64,000 nt of DNA from Polyangiales bacterium (GTDB lineage Bacteria > Myxococcota_A > Polyangia > Polyangiales > Polyangiaceae), in assembly GCA_038230375.1 (NCBI GenBank), contig JBBRNJ010000031.1:27663-91662 (forward strand). The letters run 5' to 3'. Both the position numbers and the translations under genes were made by a program. Under the pieces are notes generated by a model. It was not told the DNA's origin and ran no database searches. It saw nothing but the letters and a program-made list of their open reading frames with translations. Within the stretch, counting starts at the first letter, position 1. The number at the start of each line of letters is the position of its first letter. This document shows, piece by piece, positions 17,458-25,584 of this stretch.

Positions 17458-19937
17458 CCGCCCTTGTCGCTCTCCAGCGCGGAAAGACCGGAGCTGCGGA
17501 GAGAGCTCACGAGCACGCGGAGCCGGTTCTTGGCGGCCTCTCCCGCAATCTTCTCGCCCGGCCATCCCGCGAGCACGAGATGGCTGGATGCCACGAATGC
17601 GCCTGGCTCGGCGAGTCGTCGTTCAAGGAGGAGCGTGACCACGCGCAGCGCGGCGGGTCGGCTCGCAAGATCGACGTCACCCTTGCCAGGGAGCGTGATG
17701 CGCGTTCCCGAGAGCACGAGCGCATCTGCGGGCGGCGCCATCCTGAAGATCGCGGCAGAGAGCAGCGCGGCGACGATGCGTTGATGCTGTCCGAATGGCT
17801 CCGCGGGAAGCTCCGCGAGCCTGGCGCGCGCGGCGTCCACGTTGCCCTCAGCGAGCAAGATGTGCACCGCCGCCACGGCGCAGAGCGCTTGCGACGAGGG
17901 AGCGGCAGCAGAGACCGCGGCCTTCGCCCGCGTGAGCGCGGCGTGCGCACCTTCCATATCGGCAGTTGTCGCACAGGCCGTCGCCAGGTAGCCGAGCGAG
18001 AGCGTCGCCAGCGTCGGATCGCCCACGAGCTGCGCGAGCTCCGCGGCGGCCTCGAGATCACCGCGCGCCGCCGCAGCCTGCCCGCCGAGCAGCTGGGCGA
18101 TGGCGCGATCCATGAGGAACGTTGCCTCGTAGCGGCGGTCGCCAGCGACACGAAGGAGCTCGATGGCGCGACCATAGTGGTCCATGGCCCGCAGGTGGTC
18201 GCCGCTCGCGCGCGCCGCATTGCCAAGATAGCCCAGCAGGATACCGCGCATGGCCGGGGCCCGCGCATCACCGAGCCGCGCAAGCCCCGCCTCGTACTCG
18301 TGCCGCGCGGCCGCGTGTTCTCCCAGGTCCTGCAGCAGGAACCCGAGCCGTGCGCGCGACCGCACCTCCAGCAGCAGGAGGCCTGCCTTCGCGCACAGGT
18401 CGAGCGCCCGCAGGTAGAACTCGCGGGCGCGTGCGGGCTCGCGTAGCGAATGATGCACGACAGCGACGCTCGCGGTCGCGCGCGCGAGCAGCTCCAGTGA
18501 GTTCGCCGCCTCCGCCGACGCCAGGGCGCTCGTCTGCGCTCGTAGCGCATCTGCCAGGTCGCCCTTGGCCTGGTGAACGTCGCCGAGCAGGTTCAGGAGC
18601 CGCGCGCGTGAGGTCTCGTCGGCGGCGAGCGCAAGCGCTTCGTCGTAGCGCGTTCCCGCCTCCGCGAGCTGGCCCAGTGCAAAGAGCGCCGCGCCCCACG
18701 CTGCCTTTGCGTTCATCTCCAGGGACCGTGCACGAGGAGCGATGCGTGGCGCCATGCAGGCGTGTGCGGCGTGCGTGACCAGCTTCGTCGCCTCGCCTGC
18801 CGCGACCAGCACGGGCCCGAGCGCCGTCACCGCGGCGAGCGCGAGATCGTTCATCGCATCACTGTGGGCGCCCGCATCCTCCGCGCGCTCGCAGATCGCA
18901 AGCAGGTTCTCGGTCTCCGTGGCAACGCTCGCCCCTGGATCGTGTGCATACTGCACGTAATAACGCGCATGCGCGAGCACGAGCTCGGCTCCACGCGAGC
19001 CCACCTTCTGCGCCGCAAAGTCCCGGATGGACTCCAGCATGTCGAGCCGCTCGCTCCCCGCGAGCACCAGAAGCGATTTGTGGCGGAGCGAGAGCACGAG
19101 CTCGTCCGCGTTCGCGCCGACCACCGCGCGTGCGGCGGCAGCCGAGAATCCAGCGCGAAAGACCGACGCCGCTGCCAGCGCGCCGCGCTCTTCTTCGTCC
19201 AGCAGGTTCCATGACCAGTCGATCGCGTCGTACAGCGTGCGCTGGCGCGGCTCCGAGCGGGCATGTGCTCGCCGGAGCACCGTGAATCGATCCGACAGTC
19301 GCGAGAGCAGCTCCGGCGCGCTCATGGTGGAGAGACGAGCGGCGGCGAGCTCGAGGGCCAGCGGGAGACCGTCCAGGCGCGCGGCGATCTCCTCCAGCAC
19401 GGCGGGCTCGGCGTCGAACGCGGGGCGAAGTGCCCGCGCGCGCAAGGAGAGCAGCACTGCCGAATCCGAGGGCGCCTCACGCGTGCCGAACGTGGCGAGC
19501 GGCGCAAGCTCGAGCGGGACCTCGCCCGGGATCCCGAGCACCTCGCGCGACGTGACGAGGAAGGATGTGCCCTTTGCGGCCAGCCCGAGCTCGTGAAGCA
19601 CGCTGGCCGCCGCATCCGCGATCTGCTCCACGTTGTCGAGCGCCAGGAGGACCCGCGACCGTGCCGTGAGCGCGCGTCGCACGAGCAAGAGCGCCTCCTC
19701 GTCGGTACGCGGGCTCACGCGAATCTCGAGCGCCTCGCACAGCCGCGACAGCAGATCTGCGCGCGTGCGAGCGCTGGCGAGAGATACCCAGTGCGCCTCG
19801 TCGAACGCCGCGCGAGAGTAGAGCTCGCGAGCGAGCGTCGTCTTGCCGATGCCGCCAGGCCCCCAGAGCGTGAGGATGCGGCTCGCACCGAGCAACTCTG
19901 TGGCGCGCGTGAGGTCGAGAGCGCGGCCGATCAGCAC
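17418..19937 (-). CDS. STAND (NB-ARC-like) ATPase-TPR-winged-helix transcriptional regulator
   Basis: Walker A GPGGIGKT, Walker B LLALDNVE, LVTSRE, LDGLPLALELAAAR, IDWSWNLL, TPRs, C-terminal AGWPGEKI..RLRVLVSSLR. Confidence 0.9.
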   Translation of the reverse strand: MLIGRALDLTRATELLGASRILTLWGPGGIGKTTLARELYSRAAFDEAHWVSLASARTRADLLSRLCEALEIRVSPRTDEEALLLVRRALTARSRVLLALDNVEQIADAAASVLHELGLAAKGTSFLVTSREVLGIPGEVPLELAPLATFGTREAPSDSAVLLSLRARALRPAFDAEPAVLEEIAARLDGLPLALELAAARLSTMSAPELLSRLSDRFTVLRRAHARSEPRQRTLYDAIDWSWNLLDEEERGALAAASVFRAGFSAAAARAVVGANADELVLSLRHKSLLVLAGSERLDMLESIRDFAAQKVGSRGAELVLAHARYYVQYAHDPGASVATETENLLAICERAEDAGAHSDAMNDLALAAVTALGPVLVAAGEATKLVTHAAHACMAPRIAPRARSLEMNAKAAWGAALFALGQLAEAGTRYDEALALAADETSRARLLNLLGDVHQAKGDLADALRAQTSALASAEAANSLELLARATASVAVVHHSLREPARAREFYLRALDLCAKAGLLLLEVRSRARLGFLLQDLGEHAAARHEYEAGLARLGDARAPAMRGILLGYLGNAARASGDHLRAMDHYGRAIELLRVAGDRRYEATFLMDRAIAQLLGGQAAAARGDLEAAAELAQLVGDPTLATLSLGYLATACATTADMEGAHAALTRAKAAVSAAAPSSQALCAVAAVHILLAEGNVDAARARLAELPAEPFGQHQRIVAALLSAAIFRMAPPADALVLSGTRITLPGKGDVDLASRPAALRVVTLLLERRLAEPGAFVASSHLVLAGWPGEKIAGEAAKNRLRVLVSSLRSSGLSALESDKGGYRLSPDVPVLRV

Positions 19938-20007
19938 CGCACGAGTCTAGCGAGAATGCCCGGTGAAGACGACGGTCTCGCGGCAGTCACGGCGCCGCGC
20001 ACCAGCG

Positions 20008-20231
20008 TCAGCCCTGGGCTCGAAGCGCCTCGAGCCGCTGACGGAACACGGCGCGTCCGCGTGTCTGCTTGTCCTTGTCCTTCGCGGCCGCCGCCAGGTG
20101 CGAGATGCCGTTGGCCTTCTCGAAAGGTCGCGACGGCCTTCTCGGAGAGCGGAGGCGTCGGGGTGTAAGGAGCGACGTCGGCCCCGCCCTTCGCGGCGAT
20201 CTTCGCAGCGGGCTTCTTCCTGGACGCCATG
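20008..20231 (-). pseudogene. Frameshifted, internally deleted SMI1/KNR4-like gene remnant
   Basis: MASRKKPAAK...PPLSEKAVAT, then after removing one T at 20123-20125, FEKANGISHLAAAAKDKDKQTRGRAVF...*. Confidence 0.55.
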
Positions 20232-20292
20232 GAGTTCGAGGCTACGGCGGCGGAACACCGAGGGTCAACGGTACGCCGACGGCGACCTCGAC

Positions 20293-20346
20293 TGAGCAAC
20301 CGGAAACATAGGTGACACTTTAGACCGGGCACATGGGTGACACTTT
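20293..20346. mobile_element. Orphan IS481-like element end
   Basis: TG start, then two 23-bp direct repeats ACCGGAAACATAGGTGACACTTT / ACCGGGCACATGGGTGACACTTT; the minus strand reads KVSPMCPV*. Confidence 0.65.
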
Positions 20347-20642
20347 CATGCACTCTGCACGTGTTTGACCCAAGGTGCTGCGGTCGCCGTAGGGACGAAC
20401 GCTGCCTCGATGGCGCCGAACGTCTCCGTTGCGCGGACTGGGCCTCCCGCCCTGGGCGTTTCAGAACGTTCACCTCCCAGGTGTACGGCGCGCAAGGAAA
20501 TGCCGACAAAACCGCAAATTCATCCGAATTTGTACACCTGATAGGTGTACTCGGTTTTTCGGCGATTCACGAGGCGGGTGCCAAGGGCGGCGCGGCGGTC
20601 GCCATACGGTGCCACCAGAGCAGCGTCGCTACCTGTAGAGCC

Positions 20643-20740
20643 TCGACCTCGAGTGAGACTTCGACCTCGACCTCGACACCGACTTCGACTGCGACCTCGA
20701 CCATGACAACTTCGACGACAGAACGGCCTCGACCCTGACC
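20643..20740 (+). repeat. Degenerate (TCGACC)n hexamer microsatellite
   Basis: Intergenic run of TCGACC/TCGACT/GCGACC units. Confidence 0.85.
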
Positions 20741-20835
20741 CTTTCCCTCAAACCTTCACCTCCCACTTCCGCTTTTCCTCTCCCCTTGCCCTTTTTCCCT
20801 TCTTTTTCCCTTCTTCTTTCGCAACACTGGATGCT

Positions 20836-22713
20836 GTGAAAAATTTCGTCGTCGTCCAGGCCGCCATCGCCGTGGGTATCGCGGCTGCGCTCGGCACCAG
20901 CATTCCTCTCGCTCGCGGTGATGCGCGGTCTCAGACCATCGCTGCTTCCGAGATCAAGGAGGGCATGAAGGGCTACGGCCTCACCGTGTTCAAGGGCACC
21001 GAGCCCGAGCGGTTCGACGTGGAGGTCGTGGGCGTCCTCAAGAACTTCCGGCCCGCGCAGGAGCTCATTCTCGTGAAGACACCGCACCCGCGGCTCAACA
21101 TCACGAAGAACGTCCGCGGCATGAGCGGTAGCCCGATCTACTTCGATGGGCGGCTCGCCGGCGCGTACGCATACTCGTGGGCCATGTTCCAGACGGAGCC
21201 CGTCGCTGGGGTCACGCCCATCGCGCCGATGCTCGCAGAGCTGCACCGCCCCATTCCGCCGGGCTTCTGGCCGCTCGAGGGTCAGGGCGTGCTGCCGTCT
21301 GCGCCCGCAAGCGCGGTTCGCCCCCAGAAGCAGGCCACGCTCACGCCCACGTCGTGGGACGGCGCGCCCGGCGAGTACGATCTGGAAGCGCATGCGAAGA
21401 AGCTCGCGAGCCGCTTCTCTCCGCCCGATCCGGCGCGGCCGCTCGTGCCCTCGGCCACGCCCGTCATGATGGGCGGCGTCGGTGATCGCACCGCCGACTA
21501 CGTGCGCAAGCTCTTCGAGCCGCTCGGCCTGGACCCGATGCAAGGCGGTGGTGGTGGCGGCGGCGCGCAAGATCCGAACGCACCCATGCACTTCGTCGAC
21601 GGCGGCTCGCTCGGCGTTTCGTACGCCAGCGGCGACGTCTCGTTCTTCGGGCTGGGCACCGTCACCCACGTCGAGGGCACGCGGGCGTGCGGCTTTGGCC
21701 ACCCCATGATGGAGGCCGGAAACATGGCCTTCCCCACGGCCATCTCTCGCGTGCTCTGGATCTTCGCGAGCGATCAGCACTCGTCCAAGATCGGCGAGGC
21801 GATCCGCCCGCTCGGCGCGCTCGTGCAAGATCGCCAGAGCGCCGTTGTCCTGGACGAGACCAAGACCGCGCCCACATTCCCCGTTCACGTGGAGATCAAG
21901 GGCGTCGTCGGCGCACCCAAGCTCGTGTGGGACGCAAACATCGCAGAGGACAAGTTCATGGCGCCGGGCATCGCGGCCAGCGTGATGGGCTCCGCGATCG
22001 AGGCGACCACCAGCGAACGTCGCGATTGCACGTGGAAGCTCGTCTCCAAGCTCAAGGTGCGTGGCCACGGTGAGATCGTCCTCGAGGATTTCGGCATCGC
22101 GGTCGGAGGCATGCTGGACGCGGGTGAGCTCGGCGGCTCGCGCATCATCCGCGCGCTTGGTGACGTGATCAACAACCCGTGGGAGGACGTGAAGATCGAA
22201 GGCATCTCCAGCGTGCTCACGGTCGACTACACGCGCGAGGTGTTTCGCCTGCGCGGCGTGGAGCTGCTCGATGCCGTGGTGGACGCCGGCCAGGACGCGC
22301 GCGTGCGGGTGAAGCTCTTCCCGCTACACGGACCCGAGACCTCGCGGATCCTCCAGTTCAAGGTGCCCGAGGAGCTCGCCGGCAAGGACGTGGAGGTGGA
22401 GATCCTCCCCGGCTACTCGATCGCGCCGGACGTGGCTTCACCCGAGAGCCTGAACGAGCTGCTCGCGAACGAGACGCGCGCCACGCTCGCGCCGCGGACG
22501 CTGGTCACGCAGATCAAGACGGCGCAGGGCGTGGTCTTCCACGGACACATCGCGCAGCACCTGCCTTCGTTCGCGATGGATGCGCTTCGCGCGACCGGTA
22601 CCAATACGGGGCCGGATGCGATCACGAGCTACGCGCGCGCGGTCTTCCCCGTGGACCGCTACGTGGACGGTCACGACAAGGTGAAGATCAAAGTCCGCCA
22701 CGTCCTGCGCTGA
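20836..22713 (+). CDS. SpoIVB-like peptidase S55 domain protein, secreted
   Basis: Signal peptide; GMKGYGLTVFKG, GMSGSPIY..GRLAGA, GTVT..FGHPM. Confidence 0.9.
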   Translation: MKNFVVVQAAIAVGIAAALGTSIPLARGDARSQTIAASEIKEGMKGYGLTVFKGTEPERFDVEVVGVLKNFRPAQELILVKTPHPRLNITKNVRGMSGSPIYFDGRLAGAYAYSWAMFQTEPVAGVTPIAPMLAELHRPIPPGFWPLEGQGVLPSAPASAVRPQKQATLTPTSWDGAPGEYDLEAHAKKLASRFSPPDPARPLVPSATPVMMGGVGDRTADYVRKLFEPLGLDPMQGGGGGGGAQDPNAPMHFVDGGSLGVSYASGDVSFFGLGTVTHVEGTRACGFGHPMMEAGNMAFPTAISRVLWIFASDQHSSKIGEAIRPLGALVQDRQSAVVLDETKTAPTFPVHVEIKGVVGAPKLVWDANIAEDKFMAPGIAASVMGSAIEATTSERRDCTWKLVSKLKVRGHGEIVLEDFGIAVGGMLDAGELGGSRIIRALGDVINNPWEDVKIEGISSVLTVDYTREVFRLRGVELLDAVVDAGQDARVRVKLFPLHGPETSRILQFKVPEELAGKDVEVEILPGYSIAPDVASPESLNELLANETRATLAPRTLVTQIKTAQGVVFHGHIAQHLPSFAMDALRATGTNTGPDAITSYARAVFPVDRYVDGHDKVKIKVRHVLR

Positions 22714-22716
22714 AAC

Positions 22717-22742
22717 AGCGTCGGATCGAGGCGGCGCTTTTT
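22717..22742 (+). terminator. Possible intrinsic terminator
   Basis: AGCGTCG-N8-CGGCGCT plus a T-run right after the S55 stop, between convergent genes. Confidence 0.4.
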
Positions 22743-23294
22743 CTACTCGATGGTGTGGCAGCCCTTGCAGCCGAAGCCCGTGTTCGTCTTCATGTCGTAA
22801 GGCTTCTCGCCGAGCGCCTCGGCCATGGTCGGCTCGACGACCTCGTGCATCCACTTCACCATCTCCGGCTTCGCGGCCTGGAGCTTGGCGAATCCGTCGC
22901 CCGACATCTTGAGGTGCGGGAGGAACTTGTGCGGGTCCTGGTAGCTCGGACCGTGGCAGTTCTTGCACGTGAAGGCGCCGTTGCCGTACTTCGTGGCATC
23001 GTGATCCGCGAAGGCCTTGCCAAGGCGCGGGAGGACGACCGTCTTCATGCGCTCGGCCTTCTGCTCCTTCGTGGTCAGAGAGTCGAACGGCGCCAGCGGT
23101 GTGCCGGGAGCCGGGGGAGTGGTCGCTGCGGTCGTTGGGGCTGCGGTCGGAGCGGCCGTCATCGCGCTGGAAGGAGCAGCGGAGGGCGTGGGCCCGGTGC
23201 CACCTTGCGGGGTGGTCGGTGCGGGCTCGTTGCCGCCGCAAGCCATGAACAGAGCAAGGGGCAGCGCGAAGAGAGAGGCTGTCAGGGTTCGCAT
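22743..23294 (-). CDS. Diheme c-type cytochrome lipoprotein
   Basis: Lipobox FMAC; CKNCH and CKGCH; Met residues in helices as likely distal ligands. Confidence 0.85.
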   Translation of the reverse strand: MRTLTASLFALPLALFMACGGNEPAPTTPQGGTGPTPSAAPSSAMTAAPTAAPTTAATTPPAPGTPLAPFDSLTTKEQKAERMKTVVLPRLGKAFADHDATKYGNGAFTCKNCHGPSYQDPHKFLPHLKMSGDGFAKLQAAKPEMVKWMHEVVEPTMAEALGEKPYDMKTNTGFGCKGCHTIE

Positions 23295-23448
23295 GGCCGA
23301 GTGTCATAGCAGGAACCGGACGAATCTGCAAAACCTGAGGATGAAACAGTCTGGTGCCGCCGGCTGACCCATACGCGAGGGGGGACGATTTCAGGGCCTC
23401 AGGCCCGTCAACGTTGCGAATCCAGAGCCGCTCACCGATGATCAGGAG

Positions 23449-25584
23449 GTGACACCCCCGACCGAGAAGAGAGGCGCAAGGCTTGCCGCGGCGGCTTTCG
23501 GGGTCATCGTGCTCGTGCTCGCGCTCCTCGCGTGGGTCATGCGCCCTGCGAGCGGCGGCTCGGATCTGGCTCAATTTGTCGGGCGGTTCCACACGCTCGC
23601 GCTGCATCTACCCATCGGGGCGCTCGTGCTGCTCGCGCTCGCGGAGGCTCTCACGTTCGTGCCGCGGCTCCGCGCGAGAGCGTTGCCGGTGGCGGACGTG
23701 GTGCTGCCGTTCCTCGCGGCGACCTCAGCCGTTTCATTCACGCTGGGCGTGCTGCTCGCGAGCGGCGGCGGCTATCCGTCGCGTCTGCTCGTGCTTCACC
23801 GCACCCTCACGCTGATCGGCCTGACGTTCATCGCGGCGTGTGCGCTCTTTCATGCGCGAGAGAAGAGGAATGCGTATCGCGTGGCGCTGTTCCTTGCGCT
23901 CAACACGATCTCCATCGGCGCGCACTTCGGCGGCTCCATGACCCATGGTGATGGGTACCTGGTGAAGCTTGCGCCCGAGCCGATCCGCCGGCTCGCGGGC
24001 GTGGAGGCAAGGCCGGCACCGAAGGCGCCGGAGCCTCCTACGACGAACGGAGATCCGCTCGTGTTCGCGGACATCATCCAGCCGCTCCTCAAGCAGAGGT
24101 GCGCGGAGTGCCACGGCGACAGCAAGGTGAAGGCCGGACTGCGGCTCGACTCGTACGCGGCGATCATGAAGGGCGGAGAGCATCCACCCACCGTCAATCC
24201 GGGCCACGGTGCGCAGAGCGAGATCGTCCTGCGCATGAAGCTGCCGCTGGACCACGACGATCACATGCCGCCCGACAACAAGCCGGGGCTGACGGCGACG
24301 GAGATCGAGCTCGTGCGGTTCTGGATCGATCGCGGCGCCACCGAGACAATGCACGCGAGCGAGGGCATCGTGCCTGACGACGTCTCGCATCTCCTGCGCG
24401 ATCGTGCGGGCGGTGTGATGCAGCAAGAACCGGTGCCGGCAAACACGACGGCCGCAAGGAAACCCGAGCCCGCGAAGACCGAGCCTGCCAAGACCGAGAC
24501 GAGCAACGCGGAGGCAACACCAGCGCAACCAAGCGAGCCAGGCGACCGTGCGGAGCGGCTCGCGTTCCGGGACGACGTCGCGCCCATGCTGCGGGCGCGC
24601 TGCAGCTCGTGCCACGGAGCCACCAAGAGCAAGGGCGCTCTGCGCGTGGACTCCTTCGCAGCCGTGTCGTCGGGCGGAAAGGCGCACGGCGGCGCGCCGT
24701 CGCTGCTCGCGCGCACCCTGCTTCCGACGACCGATGGGAAGCACATGCCGCCGCCCGACGAGCCGCAGCCGACAGCGAAGGAGCTGGCGCTGCTGGGGTA
24801 CTGGGTGAATCACGGGGCGAGCGAGACCATGAAGGAGTCGGAGCTGCCAGCGGGCATGAGGGGGTACAAGCCGACAGCGACATCGACAGCGACGACGACC
24901 TCGACCTCGACCTCGACCTCGACCTCGACCTCGACCCCGACCTCGACCTCGACCTCGACCTCGACCTCGACCTCCGACCCTTCCCTTTCCCCGTCCGACA
25001 CCGTCGACCTCTGGGGTGATGTCGTGAAGCTCGTGCTCGAGCGTCGCTGCGGCGCTTGTCATGCGGGGCCCGATGCGGAGGGTGGTCTTCGCGTCGCGGA
25101 CGTTGCTCGCATGATCTCCGAGAAGGACGTCGTTCCTGGAAAGCCAGAGGAGAGCCCGCTGGTGACGCGGTTGATGAAGCCTCTCGCGGATGATTCGCAT
25201 ATGCCGCCTCCGAACAAGCCTCAGCCGACCGCCGACGAGATCGCGATGGTCAAGGCGTGGGTCGCAGATGGCGCGAAGACCAGCGCTCCATTCGCGAAGA
25301 GCCGCGTGCCGGCGTCGGTGCTCGCTGCGCCCACGGAGCCTCCGTCTCCACCACCCGCGAGCAACAGCGCGCACGCGGGTGAGCCGCAGTCCGCCGTGGC
25401 AGCCTTGAAGGTGCCACCTGGCAGTGGCGGGTGCGGCGCATGTACGATCGGCGTGGGAACCGGCGAGCGCGCGAGAGATGGCGACGACGCGCAGGATCTG
25501 CGCGGGCTGTGGCTCTTCGTGCTGGGCCTTGGGTTCGTGGTACTAAGGCGTCATGGCGGCGCCGCAAACCGTCTTCCAGAGTGA
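23449..25584 (+). CDS. Membrane protein: DUF2231-like His-containing TM domain, three planctomycete-type cytochrome c domains and a MYXO-CTERM-like tail
   Basis: GRFHTLALHLPIG, GAHFGGSMTHG; CAECH, CSSCH and CGACH, each followed by HMPP and W..GA; GGCGAC-TM-LRRH. Confidence 0.85.
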   Translation: MTPPTEKRGARLAAAAFGVIVLVLALLAWVMRPASGGSDLAQFVGRFHTLALHLPIGALVLLALAEALTFVPRLRARALPVADVVLPFLAATSAVSFTLGVLLASGGGYPSRLLVLHRTLTLIGLTFIAACALFHAREKRNAYRVALFLALNTISIGAHFGGSMTHGDGYLVKLAPEPIRRLAGVEARPAPKAPEPPTTNGDPLVFADIIQPLLKQRCAECHGDSKVKAGLRLDSYAAIMKGGEHPPTVNPGHGAQSEIVLRMKLPLDHDDHMPPDNKPGLTATEIELVRFWIDRGATETMHASEGIVPDDVSHLLRDRAGGVMQQEPVPANTTAARKPEPAKTEPAKTETSNAEATPAQPSEPGDRAERLAFRDDVAPMLRARCSSCHGATKSKGALRVDSFAAVSSGGKAHGGAPSLLARTLLPTTDGKHMPPPDEPQPTAKELALLGYWVNHGASETMKESELPAGMRGYKPTATSTATTTSTSTSTSTSTSTPTSTSTSTSTSTSDPSLSPSDTVDLWGDVVKLVLERRCGACHAGPDAEGGLRVADVARMISEKDVVPGKPEESPLVTRLMKPLADDSHMPPPNKPQPTADEIAMVKAWVADGAKTSAPFAKSRVPASVLAAPTEPPSPPPASNSAHAGEPQSAVAALKVPPGSGGCGACTIGVGTGERARDGDDAQDLRGLWLFVLGLGFVVLRRHGGAANRLPE
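24872..24978 (+). repeat. (TCGACC)n microsatellite read in frame as a Ser-Thr linker
   Basis: Encodes TATSTATTTSTSTSTSTSTPTSTSTSTSTSTSD between cytochrome domains 2 and 3. Confidence 0.95.

Noticed and set aside
17418..19937. STAND protein as an Avs-type anti-phage system
   Set aside because: No N-terminal effector; the C-terminal wHTH fits a transcriptional regulator; no defence-island context
20347..20520. SRP RNA, tRNA, cobalamin riboswitch or transposase remnant on the minus strand
   Set aside because: No SRP core loop, cloverleaf or B12 box; the frame ending in KVSPMCPV is closed by a TGA near 20461 and has no DDE-like sequence
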